Program-made: the position numbers and the translations under genes
Assembly: GCA_017619835.1 (NCBI GenBank)
Contig: JAFZRN010000008.1
Location: 25,490-89,489, forward strand
Reading direction: 5' to 3'
DNA from: Eubacterium sp.
GTDB lineage: Bacteria; Bacillota; Clostridia; Lachnospirales; Lachnospiraceae
DNA length: 64,000 nucleotides
The notes under the pieces: model-generated
What the model was told of the DNA's origin: nothing
The model's input: the letters and a program-made list of their open reading frames with translations, nothing else
Databases searched by the model: none
In this document: one piece after another, positions 7,013-15,984 of the stretch
How positions within the stretch are numbered: position 1 is the first letter of the stretch
Layout of the letters: every line of letters starts with the position of its first letter

Positions 7013-8182
7013 CTATTTCTTCCTTTCATCGGGGATCGTTACAAAAACCCTGAAACCGTTCTTCCTTGAAATATTCAGCGAGCCATTTACCGATTCGACA
7101 CGGCTTCTGATATTCTCAAGACCGATTCCGCTGTCCTCATTTTCAATATTGTCTTTATCTGTTTCCTCCGGGTTTATGTCCGTTTTTCCGGGGGTATAGT
7201 CATGGATTATAAGCTGGTACATGGAAGGATGCTTATCGAGCTTGATATCCACGGTCGAGCTTTTGGAGTGCTTGATTATATTGGAAATGCCTTCCTTAGC
7301 TATACCGATCACAGCATATTTGATCTGACGCGGCATGTCACTGTCTATATCGATATCCACCTTTATGTGGAAGTTGTCCTTGAGAGGCTCGGCCATCTGA
7401 AGTATCTCGGCCTTTATATCTATCGATTCATCATGCAGGTCATGAACACTGGAACGGATATTGTTCATTGCAAGATCGAGAGTTTTTCTTACCTCGGTCA
7501 GCTCCGAATTAAGGGGCTCATCCTTATGGATCGCAAGCAGCGCGCCCATCTGAAGGATGGCGCGGGAGAGCATATGTCCCACGTTATCATGGATCTCTCT
7601 TGCAATCCTGTTTCTTTCGGAAAGCTGTGCATTATAAACCACGGTATCCCTTGCATACATAAGCTCGTTATTCTGTCTTTTCAGCTTTTCACTCTGCTCG
7701 GCATCATCATCACGAAGCTTACGGTAATCCAGGGAAAGGATCTTCAGCCTTTCGGTCTTTATGCTTAGGACTATGGAAACAAGGGTGACGGCAAGAAGAT
7801 AAAGTATTATGGTCACGTAGTTTTCATAGCCTGCTTTAAGGCCTTCCAAAGCATTTACAAAAGAAACAATCGATAAGACAAAAGCGATATAATTCCTGCT
7901 TGTGACAATATCATACATTACCATCGGTATGATGGGGATTGCCGGCGGATAGAAAAATGCAAGGGCCGCAGCCAGAATCTCGATTATAAAGGCGGTCCAT
8001 TCTTTAAAAGATTTCGGCTTCATCCGGAAGTCGTCTTTCTTCTGCTCGATCAGATAGTAATTCAGGGCGCCGATTATTATCGAGGTATAAAAACACACAA
8101 GAAAGCTATTGCCATGCATCATAGAATACATGGCAAAAACTATCAGTGAAAGTATTATTATCTTGTCTATTATTCTGCCCAT
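7013..8182 (-). CDS. Sensor histidine kinase, HisKA_3 (NarL-partner) class
   Basis: N-terminal TM helices, H-box RNRIAREIHDNVGHML, and a C-terminal ATPase region GIGLENIRSRV. The stop abuts the response regulator start. Confidence 0.85.
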   Translation of the reverse strand: MGRIIDKIIILSLIVFAMYSMMHGNSFLVCFYTSIIIGALNYYLIEQKKDDFRMKPKSFKEWTAFIIEILAAALAFFYPPAIPIIPMVMYDIVTSRNYIAFVLSIVSFVNALEGLKAGYENYVTIILYLLAVTLVSIVLSIKTERLKILSLDYRKLRDDDAEQSEKLKRQNNELMYARDTVVYNAQLSERNRIAREIHDNVGHMLSRAILQMGALLAIHKDEPLNSELTEVRKTLDLAMNNIRSSVHDLHDESIDIKAEILQMAEPLKDNFHIKVDIDIDSDMPRQIKYAVIGIAKEGISNIIKHSKSSTVDIKLDKHPSMYQLIIHDYTPGKTDINPEETDKDNIENEDSGIGLENIRSRVESVNGSLNISRKNGFRVFVTIPDERKK

Positions 8183-9381
8183 GACAGTAGTCTATCATTT
8201 CCAAAGAATTTTGTAAATGCAAGTCCTATGGACAGACATACGATTCCGAACAGAAGCTGGAAGCCGAAGGGGGCGAGGAGCTCATTTATCCCTGCACCTT
8301 CATACCAGATGCTGTGGCTTGCCGTTGAGTACCAGTAGTTCGGGATGAAACGGCCGACCTTTGCGACATTGTCTCCTAGTACCGTGAGATCCACAAATGT
8401 ACCGCCGAGGAATGCAAATGAGAGACCGATTATGTTAGTCACGAATGCAGATGTATTTCCTCTTCCGGATTTGTCGATTCCAAGCGGAAGACTAGTTATC
8501 ATTGAGAGCAGCATCGTGATGCTGATGGTATAGATATAAGCATTTGCTGCCGAGAGCCACCAGGCTTTTGTGAATATGAATTCGCTGCCCTGGATCAGGG
8601 AGTTAATGATTATCAGAAGTGTGGTCACGACAAATGCCACCGTCAGAGTTCCCATTACAAGACTGATATTTCTCGAAGTCATTTTAATTGAAGAAACCAT
8701 GGTGCGGTTCTTTCTTTCCTTATCGTTGAAGCTTAAGATTACGGAGAGAACACTTGAGAAAATGATCGAAAGTATTCCGTAAGGAAGGAAGGTAAATGAT
8801 GTATAGATCTTGTCGCAGTCATTTATCTCCTGAGCCTGCCTTGAAACGAAGCCGGATATATCAAGCGCTTCTTCGGATTTTGCGGAAGCCTCGGAAACTG
8901 ACTTGCCCATGTTCATATAGTCGGCAAGTGAATTCAGATAATCATTTATCTGCATATTTACGAAGATTCCTCTCGGCATCGAATCATCATAGGTTGCCTG
9001 AAGAAGTGATGTAAGATCCTTGTCCTTTGCGTCGGCCGCCCCGTCCTTGATTGCCTTTTCAAATGATTCGCCGAAGCCTTCCGGGATCACGATATACTCT
9101 GCAATCCTCTGATAGTAGATCTGGCTTGTTATCTGTTCATCTGTATAGGTATTTTCCTTGAGGGTGTGCTTCTTATCAAGGAAAGAAACGAGTGCCTCGG
9201 AGATCTCGGAATGATCATTATCCACAACCAGAAGAGAGTATTTGGCAAGAGTAACCGTGCTTTCACTTTTTTTCTCGCCGCCGGTCATGGCGATGAGCAT
9301 GAAAATGATTATGCAGGAATACATGATTATCGCTGCCTTATGCTGGGCTGCTACTTTGAAAAATGTTTTATATATATGCAT
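8170..9381 (-). CDS. ABC-2 type transporter permease
   Basis: N-terminal TM helix, a large extracytoplasmic loop, then 5 C-terminal TM helices. Lies in an operon with the ATPase at 10817..11764. Confidence 0.75.
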   Translation of the reverse strand: MHIYKTFFKVAAQHKAAIIMYSCIIIFMLIAMTGGEKKSESTVTLAKYSLLVVDNDHSEISEALVSFLDKKHTLKENTYTDEQITSQIYYQRIAEYIVIPEGFGESFEKAIKDGAADAKDKDLTSLLQATYDDSMPRGIFVNMQINDYLNSLADYMNMGKSVSEASAKSEEALDISGFVSRQAQEINDCDKIYTSFTFLPYGILSIIFSSVLSVILSFNDKERKNRTMVSSIKMTSRNISLVMGTLTVAFVVTTLLIIINSLIQGSEFIFTKAWWLSAANAYIYTISITMLLSMITSLPLGIDKSGRGNTSAFVTNIIGLSFAFLGGTFVDLTVLGDNVAKVGRFIPNYWYSTASHSIWYEGAGINELLAPFGFQLLFGIVCLSIGLAFTKFFGNDRLLSWAE

Positions 9382-9391
9382 GATTTGCTCC

Positions 9392-10798
9392 TTATAAGCT
9401 CTTATAGCTTCTCTTGTTTGAAAGTATGATTCCGATTGTCAGCATTACAACATCAAGTATCAGGATATACATCATGGATCTGTAATATACCTTTCCTACA
9501 CCGAAGAGATTGAGTGAGAGCAGTGAATCGGTGATCACGGCGCAGGGGTTGATACGGTTAACAATGGGACACTTCTCTTCGAGGATACTCTTCATATCAC
9601 CGTACATAAGACCTGAGAGGAAGCTTCCTCCGAGGATGACTACCATCATCAGGGCTTCCTTGATCTCTGCCTTGAAGCTTCCGATATGGGCCATGAAGTA
9701 ACCGAGGCTTGTTCCTACGGTGCTGGCTGCCATGAGCGTAAGGTAGATCATAAGAGTGTTGCCTCCGAAATTGATCCCGAGCCCGAACATAAGATAGGTT
9801 ATCGTGATCAAGATTATAAATATCTGGATAAGGGCAACAGCCAGCAGGTTTGCGATTTCCAGAAGGGCTTTACTGACTGCGGAACCATCTATCCTGATTC
9901 CTATATCCGACTGGTTGGCCTGGGCATCGATCGTGGAATAAAGTGCTGCGGTTGAGCCCATGACACATATCATCGAAAGCAGGTTATAGAAGTAAGTTAC
10001 AAACGGGTCCTTGTTTTCCCCTCCAAGTGATCTTACCGATACATAGTCAAGATCAAATGAAGCCAGGTCCATTGACTTTTCCACGTCGGAATTCTCTTCG
10101 GGATTCTCATTCATTCTGTCTATCGTAAGATTAACCTGATAGAGATATTTGCTTATTATGTTTGACAGGATACTGTGATTAACACCTTCTCCGTTTACGA
10201 GAAGCTTTACGTCATTGATGCTGTTTACTGTTATGATCCCGGCGATATCGCCTTCGGTAAGAAGCTTCTCGGCTTTTTCATGGCTGTCGCAGGATATTTC
10301 TTCTACCATTTTTGTTCCGTTCTCATATTCAAGATCTTCAAGAACCTGGATTATCGGAAGGTCGCTTCTTTTTATCGTGTCCGGATCTCCGGTAAGATAA
10401 TCCTTATTAAATGTGCTGAGAGGAACCTTTACTACATCGTCGAAGCTCTCGATATTTTCAAGAGTTTCGAGGTCGTCCTCATTTATGGGAGCGGCCTTGT
10501 CAAAATCCTCGCCCATAGCTTCGGCTGTGGCTTTCTCTGTATAGTAATCTTCGAGGTCTTTCTGCATCTTATCCTTATCGAGCATTGAGAAGGCCTGAAG
10601 TACTTTGTATTCTTCCAGGGCGCTGTCATTAACCTCCACGACAACCGGGATGGGCTCAGACTGGATTGAGCTATATATCGAGTTGAAAGCGAAGTAGAAG
10701 AGCGTTCCCAGTGCAAGCGGGAAGAACAGTGTCCAGAACATATATTTCTTTGAGCGGAGTGTAAGCTTTATTCTAGCTTTGAATAATCGTCCAAACAT
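9392..10798 (-). CDS. ABC-2 type transporter permease
   Basis: Same architecture as the neighbouring permease, with a loop of about 230 aa followed by 5-6 TM helices. Confidence 0.75.
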   Translation of the reverse strand: MFGRLFKARIKLTLRSKKYMFWTLFFPLALGTLFYFAFNSIYSSIQSEPIPVVVEVNDSALEEYKVLQAFSMLDKDKMQKDLEDYYTEKATAEAMGEDFDKAAPINEDDLETLENIESFDDVVKVPLSTFNKDYLTGDPDTIKRSDLPIIQVLEDLEYENGTKMVEEISCDSHEKAEKLLTEGDIAGIITVNSINDVKLLVNGEGVNHSILSNIISKYLYQVNLTIDRMNENPEENSDVEKSMDLASFDLDYVSVRSLGGENKDPFVTYFYNLLSMICVMGSTAALYSTIDAQANQSDIGIRIDGSAVSKALLEIANLLAVALIQIFIILITITYLMFGLGINFGGNTLMIYLTLMAASTVGTSLGYFMAHIGSFKAEIKEALMMVVILGGSFLSGLMYGDMKSILEEKCPIVNRINPCAVITDSLLSLNLFGVGKVYYRSMMYILILDVVMLTIGIILSNKRSYKSL

Positions 10799-10816
10799 TA
10801 TCTTTATCCTTTCGGG

Positions 10817-11764
10817 TTATTCTTTGTCGCGGAGTTCCTTGCCGGTGATCTCCAGGAATACATCATTGAGTGTCGGGAGCTCGGAGTAGATCCTGTCGTA
10901 GCTTAAGTCATTATCCGAGAAGTAGTCGATCACGTGGGTGATGTTATGCTTTCCGCCGCTGCACTTTATCGTCAGCTTATCACTCATATATTGAACATCG
11001 TAAACGTGATTCAGATTGCTTATCGCTTCGATATGGTTTTCCGGAAGCTTTTTAACGTCTACGATGACATTTTCGGTATTCTTGATACGGCTCTTAAGCT
11101 CTTCGCTGGTTCCCGAGGCAATCTCCTTACCCTTATCCATGATGAGGATCCTTGAACAGATCTGCTCAACCTCTTCCATGTAGTGGGAGGTGTAGATTAT
11201 CGTGGCGCCGGCCTGATTCAGCTCGGTAACTCCCTCGAGGATCCTGTTTCTCGACTGGGGATCGACTGCGACCGTCGGCTCATCGAGGATGATGAGGTCG
11301 GGCTTGTGGGCGATTCCGCAGGCGATGTTAAGTCTTCTTAGGAGACCGCCGGAAAGCTTCTTTGGATAGAACTTTCTGAAGTCGCCGAGATCGACGAACT
11401 CGATTGCTTCCTCAACATACTGCTTTCTCTTTTTGCTGTTCTTTATATAGAGGCCGCAGAAGTAATCGATGTTTTCGTATACAGTCAGCTCATCGAATAC
11501 CGCAACGTTCTGGCAGACAACTCCGATCCTTTTCTTCAGGTCTCTTCTGTTAGGTCCCATCTTCTCGCCGAAGAGTTCGACCTCGCCCTTATCATAAGTG
11601 AGAAGCGAGAGCAGGCAGTTTATCGTGGTCGTCTTTCCCGAACCGTTCGGCCCGAGGAGCCCGAAGACCTCACCCTTCTTTATTTCGAGACTGAAATTAT
11701 CAAGAGCTATCAGCTCCTTATACCTTTTAACCAGATTTGTGATTTTTACTACAGTTTCGCTCAT
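10817..11764 (-). CDS. ABC transporter ATP-binding protein
   Basis: Walker A GPNGSGKTT, signature LSGGLLRRL, Walker B LIILDEP. Confidence 0.92.
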   Translation of the reverse strand: MSETVVKITNLVKRYKELIALDNFSLEIKKGEVFGLLGPNGSGKTTTINCLLSLLTYDKGEVELFGEKMGPNRRDLKKRIGVVCQNVAVFDELTVYENIDYFCGLYIKNSKKRKQYVEEAIEFVDLGDFRKFYPKKLSGGLLRRLNIACGIAHKPDLIILDEPTVAVDPQSRNRILEGVTELNQAGATIIYTSHYMEEVEQICSRILIMDKGKEIASGTSEELKSRIKNTENVIVDVKKLPENHIEAISNLNHVYDVQYMSDKLTIKCSGGKHNITHVIDYFSDNDLSYDRIYSELPTLNDVFLEITGKELRDKE

Positions 11765-11882
11765 GTCGATTCCTTTCTTTAATGAGATATGGCTGCAATG
11801 GAAATGATTTGCAGCGCCGTTCTATGCTCATATAGTACCATCGCCCCGAAATCGTAACCAGTGAGATATGTAAGGAGATGGA

Positions 11883-11898
11883 TATGACATTTGTCATA
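11883..11898. promoter_or_regulatory. Perfect 16-nt palindrome TATGAC-ATTT-GTCATA upstream of the ABC/two-component operon
   Basis: Lies about 120-135 nt upstream of the ATPase start codon. GAC-N4-GTC cores are typical of NarL/LiaR-type response regulator sites; this is from memory and not verified. Confidence 0.3.
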
Positions 11899-11926
11899 AA
11901 AAAGACAGCGGCCGTAAGCCGCTGCC
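11895..11926 (-). terminator. Rho-independent terminator of the PH-domain gene
   Basis: Stem CAGCGGC/GCCGCTG with loop CGTAA, followed on the minus strand by TCTTTTTTAT. Confidence 0.65.
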
Positions 11927-11949
11927 CTTGAAATTCAGATATTTAATTC

Positions 11950-12348
11950 TTAATGATGATGGTCGTCATCGTCATAATCATCATAACCATCGTGGTCATG
12001 ATCCACCATATATTCACGTCCCGTGATACGCTTTCTCTGGCGCTCTTCCTCAACCAGCTGTGAAAGCTGTTCTTTTGCCTCACGTGCCTTTTTGATATTC
12101 TTAAGCTCGAAGCATTTCATGGTCTTGTCGGAGCTGTCGACAACGATGGTTCCCATTCCGAATATCCTCTGGAGGAAGCTTGCCTTAAAGGAGAGGTCAA
12201 GGATACGGTAAAGTCTGATCTCATCCTCCTTGATGCTGAAAACTCCTCGCTTGATAAAGAGACGCTCTTCATCAAAGCTGTAAATTGTAAAACTCCACGG
12301 AAGACCGCACCAGTTTCTTTTTCTCTGTTTAAAAAGTATTTCGCCCAT
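11950..12348 (-). CDS. Bacterial PH-domain (bPH_2/DUF304-like) protein with a His/Asp-rich C-terminal tail
   Basis: Motifs ...LFIKRGVFSIKEDEIRLYRILDLS...GMGTIVV. The tail is DHDHDGYDDYDDDDHHH. Start moved to ATG 12348, which has an AAGGAG SD. Confidence 0.7.
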   Translation of the reverse strand: MGEILFKQRKRNWCGLPWSFTIYSFDEERLFIKRGVFSIKEDEIRLYRILDLSFKASFLQRIFGMGTIVVDSSDKTMKCFELKNIKKAREAKEQLSQLVEEERQRKRITGREYMVDHDHDGYDDYDDDDHHH

Positions 12349-12511
12349 TTCCCCTGTCTCCTTATAATTCAGTGATAATGTAACTACATCTAATAAGATA
12401 CAATACATTTGTTTCCTTTGCAATGATTTGTTTATTTTGAGGCTTTTTTGTGATAAAATTATAATATCTATGAGTTAGATAAATGATTTCGAAAACAGGG
12501 GAGTTTAAAGT

Positions 12512-12709
12512 ATGAAGAAAAAAATAACATTGATATGTATCCTGCTGATATTCTGCGCTGCTACATTTACAGCCTGCGGCAGTGATCCGATGATCGTTCA
12601 GGAGACCAAAACCGGACTTAATCTTGAGGATAAAGCCAGGGAACTTACCGGCCAGCAGGGCGATGAAGCAGATGAAAACGAGAAGAATCTGGAGCATACT
12701 CCGGAGTAA
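12512..12709 (+). CDS. Small putative lipoprotein
   Basis: MKKKITLICILLIFCAATFTAC-GSD is a signal peptide with a lipobox-like FTAC. The mature part is acidic and about 43 aa long. Confidence 0.5.
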   Translation: MKKKITLICILLIFCAATFTACGSDPMIVQETKTGLNLEDKARELTGQQGDEADENEKNLEHTPE

Positions 12710-12783
12710 AGTTTCAATTGATTTATTAATTGAAAAAAAGTAAACTTATTAACAACTTATTATATTAAAAGGAGGACTTTAAC

Positions 12784-12933
12784 ATGCCTGATTTAAACGA
12801 TTTAAAGGATGTAGTAGAAAAAGCAACCGATGCTGCCAAGAAGGCAGGCATCTCGGAAAAAGACATTGACCAGGCTAAAGACAAGGTCATCGATGCTGCA
12901 AAGGACATCATAGAGAAGAAGACAGGTAAGTAG
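12784..12933 (+). CDS. 49-aa hydrophilic helical protein (CsbD/MT0933-like composition)
   Basis: Below the length cut-off of the ORF track. AAAGGAGG SD lies 7 nt before the ATG. Sequence: MPDLNDLKDVVEKATDAAKKAGISEKDIDQAKDKVIDAAKDIIEKKTGK. Confidence 0.55.
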   Translation: MPDLNDLKDVVEKATDAAKKAGISEKDIDQAKDKVIDAAKDIIEKKTGK

Positions 12934-12969
12934 CATTTAAACAAAAAAGTTTCAGCAAAGGGGGATACT

Positions 12970-14658
12970 ATGGCAAAGTGTCCGAGCTGCGGAGGAATGC
13001 TCAGGTTTGATATTCCTTCGCAGCAGATGAAATGTGATTCCTGCGAAAGCATGTTCGATCCGTATCAGATAAACGGCGGTGCTGCGGAGGAAACCACAGA
13101 ATACAACGTTACTATATTTAAATGTCCTAACTGCGGAGGGGAGATCATATCAACAGATGAGACGGCAGCTTCCTTCTGCAGTTATTGTGGTGCTTCGGCA
13201 GTCCTCGAGAGCAGGATATCATCCGAGAAAAAGCCCGAGCTTATTATTCCTTTTAAACAGACAAAAGCTCAGTGCACGACAGCATTTGAAAGATTTATAA
13301 GAAAAGCAATCTTTGCGCCGAAATCCTACAGGGATGCGGGAAGAGCACAGTCCTTCAGAGGAATATATATGCCTTACTGGCTTTATGATATGACTCAGAG
13401 AGGTGACGTTAATATTCCCACTTCTTCCGCGCATAGAAGCGGTGACTATATAATCACAGACCATTATCAGTGCAGAGGAAAGCTCGACAGCTATTATAAT
13501 GGTGTATCTTATGATGCATCCTCTTCATTCGCTGATGATATCAGTACCGATATAGCGCCCTTTAATGTAAAGGATATAACGACATTCAATCCGTCATTTC
13601 TGTCGGGTTACTATGCTGATATAGCCGATGTTGACAGCTCGGTTTATCAGGATACAGCTGTTGAGCTTGCAAAGGAAAGCACCTATAACTACCTTATAAG
13701 ACAGAGCCCCATGAAGGGAAATCATTTTGATGAACCCAAGAGCACTACCAAGTCGAAGATAATAACAAATGTACAAGTGAAGCGTTCGGCCATGTTCCCG
13801 GTATGGTTCATGTCATACAGGAACCATAACAGAGTGGCTTATGCTACCGTAAACGGTCAGACCGGCAAAGTGTCGGCTGATATCCCCATGAGTGTTTCCA
13901 AATTTTTCATATGTGCGGCTCTTATAGCTATAGGAGTATTCTGTCTGCTTCAGGCATTCCTGACCATCACTCCCGATGTTCTGATAGTTATCGCAGCTAT
14001 CCTCGGTATGATCGGCGTAAGTATATACTGCTCCGAATTAAAGAAGATAGTGGCAAAAGAAAACTATGATGACGATAAGGGTATGCTGACCCGTATGGAA
14101 GCCAAGAGAAAGGCAAGAATGGAAGCTCAGAGAGGAGCTGCTTTTGACGGTCAGGAGGGAGCTTATGAGCTTACCAAGAATGATATCCGTAGAATGAAAG
14201 CCGAAGAAAAGAAAAGGAAAAAAGAAAAGGCAAAGACAACGAGCTTCATAGCTTCTTTTGTTCTGATAGTAGTTCTGATGTTTATATTCGGACCTCTGGC
14301 CCTTTCCATAATCGCAGGTTTGGCTTCGGTCGCAAAAGTATCCATAGTCGGCGGAATTATCGGCCTGATACTTTTTGTAGTTACGATAATAAAGTCAATA
14401 CAGGCTAAAAAAGATATAGACGAAATGAAATCGAAGAACGGACTTCCCGCATCTTATTTTACCGCGGCAAGTATGCTTATAATCGCTATCATAAGCTTCT
14501 GGGATCCGCCCAGTGACTTTATATACTACGGGGCCGCTGTTCTTGCAATGGTCGGGATCATAATCAATCTGATAGATCTGATGCGCTGCCACAATCTTCT
14601 GGCAATGCGTCCACTTCCTCAGTTTGATATGTATAAAGGAGGTGACGATCGTGCGTAA
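12970..14658 (+). CDS. Membrane protein with two N-terminal zinc ribbons
   Basis: CPSCGG..CDSC and CPNCGG..CSYCG ribbons, a soluble region of about 260 aa, two TM helices, a Lys/Glu-rich coil, then about 4 more TM helices. Confidence 0.75.
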   Translation: MAKCPSCGGMLRFDIPSQQMKCDSCESMFDPYQINGGAAEETTEYNVTIFKCPNCGGEIISTDETAASFCSYCGASAVLESRISSEKKPELIIPFKQTKAQCTTAFERFIRKAIFAPKSYRDAGRAQSFRGIYMPYWLYDMTQRGDVNIPTSSAHRSGDYIITDHYQCRGKLDSYYNGVSYDASSSFADDISTDIAPFNVKDITTFNPSFLSGYYADIADVDSSVYQDTAVELAKESTYNYLIRQSPMKGNHFDEPKSTTKSKIITNVQVKRSAMFPVWFMSYRNHNRVAYATVNGQTGKVSADIPMSVSKFFICAALIAIGVFCLLQAFLTITPDVLIVIAAILGMIGVSIYCSELKKIVAKENYDDDKGMLTRMEAKRKARMEAQRGAAFDGQEGAYELTKNDIRRMKAEEKKRKKEKAKTTSFIASFVLIVVLMFIFGPLALSIIAGLASVAKVSIVGGIIGLILFVVTIIKSIQAKKDIDEMKSKNGLPASYFTAASMLIIAIISFWDPPSDFIYYGAAVLAMVGIIINLIDLMRCHNLLAMRPLPQFDMYKGGDDRA

Positions 14659-15982
14659 TCTCCTTATAAAGAAAAAAGTGCTCCTGCCGGTTCTTTCGGC
14701 AGCCCTTATGATCTTATCGGTTCTTGTTTTTTCAACTACGGCAAGAGCTGATGAAGCCCAGCAATATTATAAAAATTCCGAAAATGGCTACGAGGCATTT
14801 ATCTTTGATGATGCGGATTTCCTGACTCCCGAGGAGGAGGAGGTAGTCCTTGAAGCCATGAAGCCATATACAAAGTATGGATATGCGGTTTTTGTTACCG
14901 CAAAAGACAGCCAGTATGACAATTCCAGTGACTACGGAAAATCAAAATATCTGTCCGAGATAGCTGAGGATAAGGACGGGTCGGTCCTTACAATAGATAT
15001 GGATCTCCCGGATATCAGCCTCCATCATTTTGGCCAGATAGGCTACTATATGAGTGCTGCAGATAAGAGTTCCACTGAAATACTGCAGGATAACGTTGCA
15101 CCGATTGAAGAAAAAGGCGATTACAGAACCTTTGCCGTTAACGTCTTTAAAGATCTGACAAAAGAGATGGATAAGCACTTCGGTGAATATAATTACGAAG
15201 TGGTAGGCGAAGATGAAGAAACCGATGACATGGTTTCGGCAGCAGATCTCAAGTCGGAATATGAAGGAGACGATGTTAAAAAGAATACCGCGACAGGGTA
15301 CGAGGCCCGCATAATCGATGAGGCCGGTCTTCTTTCGGAAGCAGAGAAAAAGACTCTCCTCGAAGAGGATATGTTCCCTGTAACCGAGTTTGGAAATGTC
15401 GTCTTTTATTCCATAGATGAATATACAGATAAGGGCAGCCAGTCTGATTCATCGAGAAAGAAATATCTCGAACTTTACGGAAGCAATGCCGTAAACGGAA
15501 CCATGTTCCTCATAGATATGTATGACAGGCAGATCTATATCTGCTCGGCAGGTGATACAAGGCATGTCATATCAAATGCGAGAGCAAATTCCATAACCGA
15601 TAATGTTTATACCTATGCGTCCAAGGCAAATTATTACAAATGTGCCGCTGAGGTTTATAAACAGGAGAGAACTCTTCTTGAAGGCGGTAAGATCGCAGAG
15701 CCGATGAGGCTTGCTTCCAATATATTCCTTGCGATCATAATAGGACTGCTCTTTGCATATATGCTTGTGAAAGCATTTTCATCTGTCCCGAAGCCTTCTG
15801 AAAAAGAGCTTCTGGCAGCTATACAGACCCAGCAGAATATTCTGGATTATCACAGGGTATTTACCCATCAGACCAGACAGTATTCACCTCAGAGTTCATC
15901 GTCATCCGGCGGCGGAGGCGGCGGTGGCGGAGGCGGTGGAGGCGGCGGCGGAGGCTTCTCCGGCGGCGGTCACGGCTTCTAA
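14651..15982 (+). CDS. Secreted or membrane-anchored protein with two TPM-like domains and a poly-Gly tail
   Basis: GTG 14651 follows AAGGAGG and overlaps the upstream stop. Signal peptide ends ...STTARA-DE. Two TPM-like modules (YEAFIFDDADFLTPEEEE.. and YEARIIDEAGLLSEAEKK..), one TM helix, and the tail SSSSSG16FSGGGHGF typical of TPM/YgcG-type proteins. Confidence 0.75.
   Translation: MRNLLIKKKVLLPVLSAALMILSVLVFSTTARADEAQQYYKNSENGYEAFIFDDADFLTPEEEEVVLEAMKPYTKYGYAVFVTAKDSQYDNSSDYGKSKYLSEIAEDKDGSVLTIDMDLPDISLHHFGQIGYYMSAADKSSTEILQDNVAPIEEKGDYRTFAVNVFKDLTKEMDKHFGEYNYEVVGEDEETDDMVSAADLKSEYEGDDVKKNTATGYEARIIDEAGLLSEAEKKTLLEEDMFPVTEFGNVVFYSIDEYTDKGSQSDSSRKKYLELYGSNAVNGTMFLIDMYDRQIYICSAGDTRHVISNARANSITDNVYTYASKANYYKCAAEVYKQERTLLEGGKIAEPMRLASNIFLAIIIGLLFAYMLVKAFSSVPKPSEKELLAAIQTQQNILDYHRVFTHQTRQYSPQSSSSSGGGGGGGGGGGGGGGGFSGGGHGF
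15908..15955 (+). repeat. Sixteen consecutive GGN (Gly) codons
   Basis: The run ggcggcggaggcggcggtggcggaggcggtggaggcggcggcggaggc lies inside the TPM gene. Confidence 0.95.
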
Positions 15983-15984
15983 AC

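Noticed and set aside
9217-9225. Perfect DnaA box TTATCCACA
   Set aside because: It is a single copy inside the ABC permease coding sequence. There is no cluster, no AT-rich unwinding element, and no dnaA/dnaN nearby.
12765-13052. 95-aa minus-strand ORF
   Set aside because: It overlaps both the SD-preceded 49-aa + strand ORF and the start of the zinc-ribbon gene. It has a hydrophobic low-information sequence and no SD.
15908-15955. Short tandem repeats as possible CRISPR or VNTR loci (this tract and 55010..55096)
   Set aside because: Both lie in frame inside coding sequences (poly-Gly tail, P/Q linker). They have no spacer-repeat architecture and there are no cas genes.
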